From Thermovirgaceae bacterium (GTDB taxonomy: Bacteria; Synergistota; Synergistia; Synergistales; Thermovirgaceae), in contig JBKHBH010000018.1 in NCBI GenBank assembly GCA_046542505.1, positions 1 to 29,781 on the forward strand: 29,781 nucleotides of DNA, given 5' to 3'. Shown here one piece after another: positions 26,801-29,781 of the stretch. The notes beneath the pieces were generated by a model. It was not told the DNA's origin and made no database searches. It worked only from the letters and a program-made list of their open reading frames with translations. The first letter of the stretch is position 1. Each line of letters opens with the position of its first letter. A program made the translations under genes and the position numbers.

Positions 26801-28289
26801 CCCCGGCCATGTTTTCAAGAGTCTGGCCGGCCCCTGCCTGGCAGGAATAGTTCATCCGGGCTTCCTGGACTTCGTCCGTCGCGTTGCCTGCGGTCCGCTT
26901 GAAAGTGGTGAATTTCATGTCCTGGCCTCCGATTTCGAAGACGGTGTCGATGTCGGCATCCCAGGACTTGATTCCCATGGCGTGACAGGTAATTTCGTCA
27001 ACCGCGGCGTCAGGAACGGAAAATCCGAGGGATTTTAGCCCCTTTCGTCGGGCGGGGCTGACCAAAACCCGCTCGAAGAGTTTCCTGGCGGACCCTGTGG
27101 TGCACACGCCCCTGACGGTATAACAGCCGCTGTTTCGGGCGAAATGGCGCATGATGGCCTGGAGGGCCTTCAAGGGGTTTCCGTGCGTGCTGATATACAT
27201 GCTGTCGAGGATTTCACCAGTGTCCAGATGAACGACAACGGCTTTCGTGGTCGTGGAACCGCCGTCGACTCCCAGGACCACCTCCGGGTCTATCCCCGGG
27301 TTTTCGTTCAATCCTGCAGTGACAGGCTCTTTTTCGTAGATATGGGCTTCAGGCAGCGACGACGCCAGAGACGGTGCGTATTGCCTGTTTTCACGGGCTT
27401 TCAGGGCGACTTCATCAAGCCTTGCCGGGTCCAGAACATGGGAATTTCCCCGTTCCGCCGCAAGAGCGGCGGCCCCGACGGCGCCGACGTTAAGAAAATG
27501 GTCAGGGATTTTTATCGTGGTTTGGGTGAGTTTCCCTATCTGTTTCACTATCGGTGCCATGCGTGTTAACCCGCCCGTCACAGCGATTTCGGAGGCCGAT
27601 TCAAAGCTGCGTGAGCCGATAACGTCCTGGACGAAATTTGAGGCCACGGTACGGAAAAGCTTTGCAAGGATGTGAGGTCTGGGCATCCCCTCGTTCTGGT
27701 CATGGATAAGATCCGACTGGATGACCACGCCGCAGCGGGCGTTGTAGCCGGGAGAGTCGGGGTATTCGGAGGCCTCTCTTGCGGCGGCGGAGAAAAACTC
27801 TTCAGGCAATCCGCTGGAACCTGAATCGGAATCGGTGCAAAAAAGCCGGCGGATCTGTTTTTCCACAAGGGTCCCCGATCCGCCGCCGCATTTGGTGTTC
27901 GTGCCCCATTCAAGAATGAAACGCTTGCCCTTTCTCTCGGCGATATTGAAGTAATAGGAGTCCTTGGCCCCGAGATGAAAAGCCGTATCAGCCCAAGGTG
28001 CCACGAGGAACAGGCCTTTCGCCAGGGTGACGCTGTCGTATTCGTAGAGGGCCCCGTCGAAAACGGAGGGAAAAAGGTCTGCTCCGATGCCCGTGAAGGC
28101 AGTGCTCCGGAGATTTGAAAGGGGTATTGCCTTCGTGAGCTTCGGCCAGATGACGGTTTTCAGGACGTCAAGGGGCTGCCCGCAGTGGGGTTCCGGCCGG
28201 GGGGAGTAGAGGATATTGAAATCCTTGTCGATGACGGAACAGTGTATCGCGGAAGAACCGATATCGAAACCCGCATAAAGCTCAACCAC
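23832..28289 (-). CDS. Four-domain CoA-activase/reductase-dehydratase protein (2 x BadF/BadG/BcrA/BcrD ATPase + 2 x DUF2229-like), PlsA/PlsR-Ger-like, ~1485 aa
   Basis: GFDIGSS...NTKCGGGSG...RCGV; GVDGGSTTTK...EIGGQDMK...MNYSCQAGAG...TCGVF; Cys linker; EYCVAMKLATGH...FACGPDS; ETCFPLK...GPCRFGKY...PFTCM. GTG28289 follows AGGAG. Confidence 0.85.
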   Translation of the reverse strand: MVELYAGFDIGSSAIHCSVIDKDFNILYSPRPEPHCGQPLDVLKTVIWPKLTKAIPLSNLRSTAFTGIGADLFPSVFDGALYEYDSVTLAKGLFLVAPWADTAFHLGAKDSYYFNIAERKGKRFILEWGTNTKCGGGSGTLVEKQIRRLFCTDSDSGSSGLPEEFFSAAAREASEYPDSPGYNARCGVVIQSDLIHDQNEGMPRPHILAKLFRTVASNFVQDVIGSRSFESASEIAVTGGLTRMAPIVKQIGKLTQTTIKIPDHFLNVGAVGAAALAAERGNSHVLDPARLDEVALKARENRQYAPSLASSLPEAHIYEKEPVTAGLNENPGIDPEVVLGVDGGSTTTKAVVVHLDTGEILDSMYISTHGNPLKALQAIMRHFARNSGCYTVRGVCTTGSARKLFERVLVSPARRKGLKSLGFSVPDAAVDEITCHAMGIKSWDADIDTVFEIGGQDMKFTTFKRTAGNATDEVQEARMNYSCQAGAGQTLENMAGVIGLDVKDSLQEEALKAVRVPVIDATCGVFMEMEENRLIAENFSKCEIAAAIVRSTAASYFNKFVGGQQHVGEKCSCQGGPALGKAFLAAMAQVTGKEIHAYPYRELFGAYGAALWVRNRVFELGNRGGQAKSAFRGWNIADLSFSHEEQHCSSYFGPLSCGKRDCMLKIFRIGEEEIVSGGFCPRGNSEGVAGRQPDYVQRFHELLEKHFQGITHERLGKSLDTDRPTVGIRRCGCTIAEHAVWSSAVFSLLGFLPVLSPVSNSSISSMGTRLASTEYCVAMKLATGHAALLASDDRISHLFIPSFIDTPATNGSMRMYCIYTEAEGFVLKDLLSLNDARLLLPVWHLGNRDKMAREFHRVLKRAGYDIPVNKITKAFLDADEKTRAFLEDLAAEGEKFLSDLERSGEPGYVGTGRDYVLLDPEASSNSGYMFSTTRGMRYIPQIFLRHRFEGIPIDDLVDNEYWEHSVEILKASIYTARHPDLYPVRLMNFACGPDSIKFFMEQEIFRRADKPFLHLMTDAQTNNAPFVTRAEAHQRVVKRHKSAGDIPLSRFSFLPVQKKIEGSKRRWLIPYMGEVSPIAAAAARHYGIDTRVLPTDTPESREAANRLIRMETCFPLKGVIGDVISSIEGLVEDIGAKKVQEDYLVFLPTTSGPCRFGKYVEALRLFLEEQGLGGIPIISPHAAKGYLDMETLSIDLSTPKLIDLVSDLYNAIFTADIFDDLLLRYRPYASNTDEFNEAAIRSRGSLMENLENKGASFRNISPWLKESIGIFKGLSDSGVKRFPLVLYIGEIYMRQHDPYTGQVIRKLERQGLELIRGPVHEWLRYVTYLAWRNTRHISYKAADFYMDWTERKFMKILEKELGDRHVIPLPRRIIQQAEEDGIYHGDVMGESALAIGLFNEYLRGSLNSGRDGICGIFHVGPFTCMQESVSTAKIRALLKEQRKKDPSLLVPLIHAFFGDSPNPNLDAEIAAFREQCYLKAERNTD

Positions 28290-28448
28290 GAAACCATCTC
28301 CTGTCAAAAATTTCCGTGCATTTCCTATTATAAACATTCTTGACGGTTTTGAAGGCACTGAAAGGTCGCTGTGGAAGGCTTATGTTACGATATTCCGGAA
28401 GACACCATGGACATGATGTCCGACACAATCCAAAGAGGAGGTGGCCGG

Positions 28449-29781
28449 ATGAAGATTCGGCTTCTGGAAGGCGACGTTTCGGGATTTAAAGGCGATGCCG
28501 TCGCCATATTGCTCTATGAGGAAGAACTTGAAAAGGTGCATGTGGTCGGGAAAGACCTCGCGCCGATCGTGAAAGATCGCATGGACAAGAGCGCCTTTAC
28601 GGCGAAAAAGGATACCCTTTTGGCCGTTCCGGTTTATGAAGGACGGGTGTCGGCAGTATACCTCGCCGGCCTCGGCTCGAAGGGTAAAGCCGAACCTGAT
28701 GCCATGCGTCGCGGTTCAGCTGGAGCGATCCGCCAGGCGATGCAGGACAGGTTCCGTTCTCTTGCCGTATCGGGGGTGTCAGAATTTGACTCCAATGAGA
28801 CGGTCCGTGCCGTTGAAGGCGTCGTCATCGGGGCTTATCGCTTCCTGAAGTACAAGACCGATTCCCAAAAGCAGGAACTTCCCCCGGAGATGGAGGAAGT
28901 TTTCATTGCAGGTTCGGGCGACACGGCCCTGAAGAAGGGCCGGATAGCAGGTGAAGCCCAGAATATCGCGAGAGACCTCGCCAATGAACCGGGCAACGTC
29001 ATCAATCCGGCTGTTCTGGCAGAAAAAGCCGCGGAGCTTGCCGCCGAGTGCGGTCTCGAATGTACCGTTTTTGAAGAGGACGAACTCAGGGAAATGGGAA
29101 TGAACGGACTGCTGGCCGTCGGTGGCGCGTCGGAGACGCCCCCGCGACTGATCCATCTCGTCTATCGTCCGGAAAAGACCGCAAAGAGGCGGATTGCTTT
29201 TGTCGGAAAGGGTATCACTTTCGACAGCGGAGGCCTGAACATCAAGCCTGGCGAGCATATGAGAACCATGAAGGGCGACAAGACGGGAGCCTGCAACGTG
29301 ATGGCTGTGATGAAAGCCGTTTCACGGCTGAAACCTCCGGTGGAAGTGCACGGCTTAATCGGTGCCGCCGAGAACATGCCCGGAGGCGGGGCGTACAGGC
29401 CTGACGACGTGATCGTCATGAAAAACGGCAAGACCGTGGAAATCGACAACACCGATGCGGAAGGACGCGTGACCCTTGCCGATGTTCTTGCTTATGCCTG
29501 TGAGCAGAAACCCGCCGCGGTGGTGGATATGGCGACTCTGACCGGCGCTTGCGTCGTCGCGCTGGGCGAATATACGGCAGGTCTTTTTTCGCCTGATGAT
29601 TCCATGGCGCAGAAGTTTCTCGAGACATCCGCTGAAACGGGGGAAAGGATGTGGAGGCTTCCACTGGATGATGAGCGTCTCAGGAAAAAGATCAAATCCG
29701 ACATCGCCGACGTGGTGAATACGGGAGGCCGAACCGGAGGAGCCATTACGGCGGCCATGTTCCTCGAGGAATTTGTCGAAA
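28449..29781 (+). CDS. pepA: Leucyl aminopeptidase (M17), 3' end runs off the window
   Basis: Not in the ORF track because there is no stop in the window. Manual translation from ATG28449 (RBS GAGGAGG): ARDLANEPGN, FVGKGITFDSGG, MKGDKTGA, AENMPGG, VEIDNTDAEGRVTLAD, DMATLTGA. Confidence 0.95.
   Translation, partial: MKIRLLEGDVSGFKGDAVAILLYEEELEKVHVVGKDLAPIVKDRMDKSAFTAKKDTLLAVPVYEGRVSAVYLAGLGSKGKAEPDAMRRGSAGAIRQAMQDRFRSLAVSGVSEFDSNETVRAVEGVVIGAYRFLKYKTDSQKQELPPEMEEVFIAGSGDTALKKGRIAGEAQNIARDLANEPGNVINPAVLAEKAAELAAECGLECTVFEEDELREMGMNGLLAVGGASETPPRLIHLVYRPEKTAKRRIAFVGKGITFDSGGLNIKPGEHMRTMKGDKTGACNVMAVMKAVSRLKPPVEVHGLIGAAENMPGGGAYRPDDVIVMKNGKTVEIDNTDAEGRVTLADVLAYACEQKPAAVVDMATLTGACVVALGEYTAGLFSPDDSMAQKFLETSAETGERMWRLPLDDERLRKKIKSDIADVVNTGGRTGGAITAAMFLEEFVE

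Noticed and set aside
29268..29295. MKGDKTGA instead of MKxDMxGA in the M17 peptidase
   Set aside because: The metal ligands are intact and, to my knowledge, the DK variant is already known in other bacterial M17 enzymes.

Overview
A gene-dense, moderately GC-rich chromosomal window from an anaerobic, amino-acid-fermenting bacterium. The selenoprotein, Sec-type signal peptides and gene content suggest a diderm anaerobe such as Synergistota; this is inference only. I found 24 CDSs and no rRNA, tRNA, CRISPR array, transposase or integrase. In order: a membrane-anchored UxxC seleno-thioredoxin truncated in the ORF track, carbamate kinase, a saccharopine/lysine-6-dehydrogenase, a GH65 phosphorylase plus a beta-PGM/trehalose-6-P phosphatase fusion, a ferric-reductase-like cytochrome b, a nicotinamidase-like hydrolase, a GNAT, an orphan OpuAC-type binding protein plus putrescine aminotransferase, nitrilase, DUF1847, a class V aminotransferase, RarD, a hypothetical/AI-2E/membrane protein/M23 cluster, an ABC-F ATPase, a USP, a nitroreductase, a phytol/dolichol-kinase-like membrane protein, a ~1485-aa four-domain PlsA/Ger-like protein and a partial M17 leucyl aminopeptidase. 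Best leads: (1) a divergent plasmalogen/ether-lipid synthase-like protein abutting a lipid kinase; (2) a possible OtsA-independent trehalose route; (3) a leader with uORF, terminator and anti-SD upstream of the binding protein-patA pair; (4) the recoded selenoprotein with a candidate SECIS. All calls come from motifs read by eye; no searches were run.
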